64,000 bases of DNA from Patescibacteria group bacterium (lineage in GTDB: Bacteria; Patescibacteriota; Microgenomatia; JAMCZE01): positions 469,200 through 533,199 of the forward strand of contig JAMCRP010000001.1 in the NCBI GenBank assembly GCA_023380635.1, in the 5' to 3' direction. Below are positions 63,675 through 64,000 of this stretch, one piece after another. The position numbers and the translations under genes are program-made. The notes beneath the pieces were generated by a model. It saw nothing but the letters and a program-made list of their open reading frames with translations, was not told the origin of the DNA and searched no databases. How positions within the stretch are numbered: position 1 is the first letter of the stretch; the number at the start of each line of letters is the position of its first letter.

Positions 63675-64000
63675 ATGGCGCTACGAGCTGAACATTTTCG
63701 TTCCAGATTAATAACCCACGAGTTCAAGCAAAACGGGGAAGGTTTGTGTTGGGTGGCTTTAGAAGAAGCGCGACTGCACTCTGTTGAATATCATAATGGC
63801 AACCGTCAGCAATTGCGGCAAAAGTTAATTAAAGAAATGAAAACAACGGTAGCCGGAGGAACGGATAACGATGATGTAGTGGCTTACCTGGAAAAAATTG
63901 GTATCCGTCATCATATTGAGTGGGATTGTCCTTTCGAACGACTGGTAGCGATGGTGGAAAAACTTCCAGTTCATGTCGACATCTTCGCGTCGGTATGGGA
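63675..64000 (+). CDS. Hypothetical protein, possible C39-like cysteine peptidase, 3' partial
   Basis: Open from ATG 63675 to the window end: 'FKQNGEGLCWVA...GGT...YLEKIG'. Confidence 0.5.
   Translation, partial: MALRAEHFRSRLITHEFKQNGEGLCWVALEEARLHSVEYHNGNRQQLRQKLIKEMKTTVAGGTDNDDVVAYLEKIGIRHHIEWDCPFERLVAMVEKLPVHVDIFASVW

Overview
This is a 64 kb chromosomal window centred on the replication origin of a small-genome bacterium. Gene content (DUF5652/5657/5666/5667-like genes, chromosomal PrgI-VirB4 and VirD4-like genes, shortened ValRS and PGK, cupin PGI, tRNA-Ile(UAU)) points to Patescibacteria/CPR, probably Microgenomates; this assignment is an inference. The window holds MacAB-like and DrrAB-like ABC exporters, mscL, the dnaN-oriC-dnaA and rpmH-rnpA-yidD-yidC-jag blocks, cell-envelope genes (O-antigen ligase, flippase, DUF4012, VanW, SpoIID, LCP, two tandem class A PBPs), valS, tsaD, pyrD, a LOG-deoC-pfkB-fba-gyaR-pgk-gap cluster, B12-dependent nrdJ with pduO, and one tRNA. 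I found no CRISPR array, rRNA, integrase or transposase. Main signals not explained by the gene list: (1) short 7/8/9-nt periodic repeats and palindromic MITE/RPE-like elements, many inserted in frame in housekeeping proteins; (2) a TANNNT -10 box 6-8 nt before many start codons, implying leaderless mRNAs and some symmetric bidirectional promoters; (3) a CIRCE-like site and a perfect SD that point to an out-of-frame ORF overlapping mscL; (4) a tRNA-Ile(UAU) with Val-like body features; (5) a relaxase-free conjugation-like PrgI/VirB4/VirD4 system next to oriC. All calls come from reading the sequence; no database searches were run.
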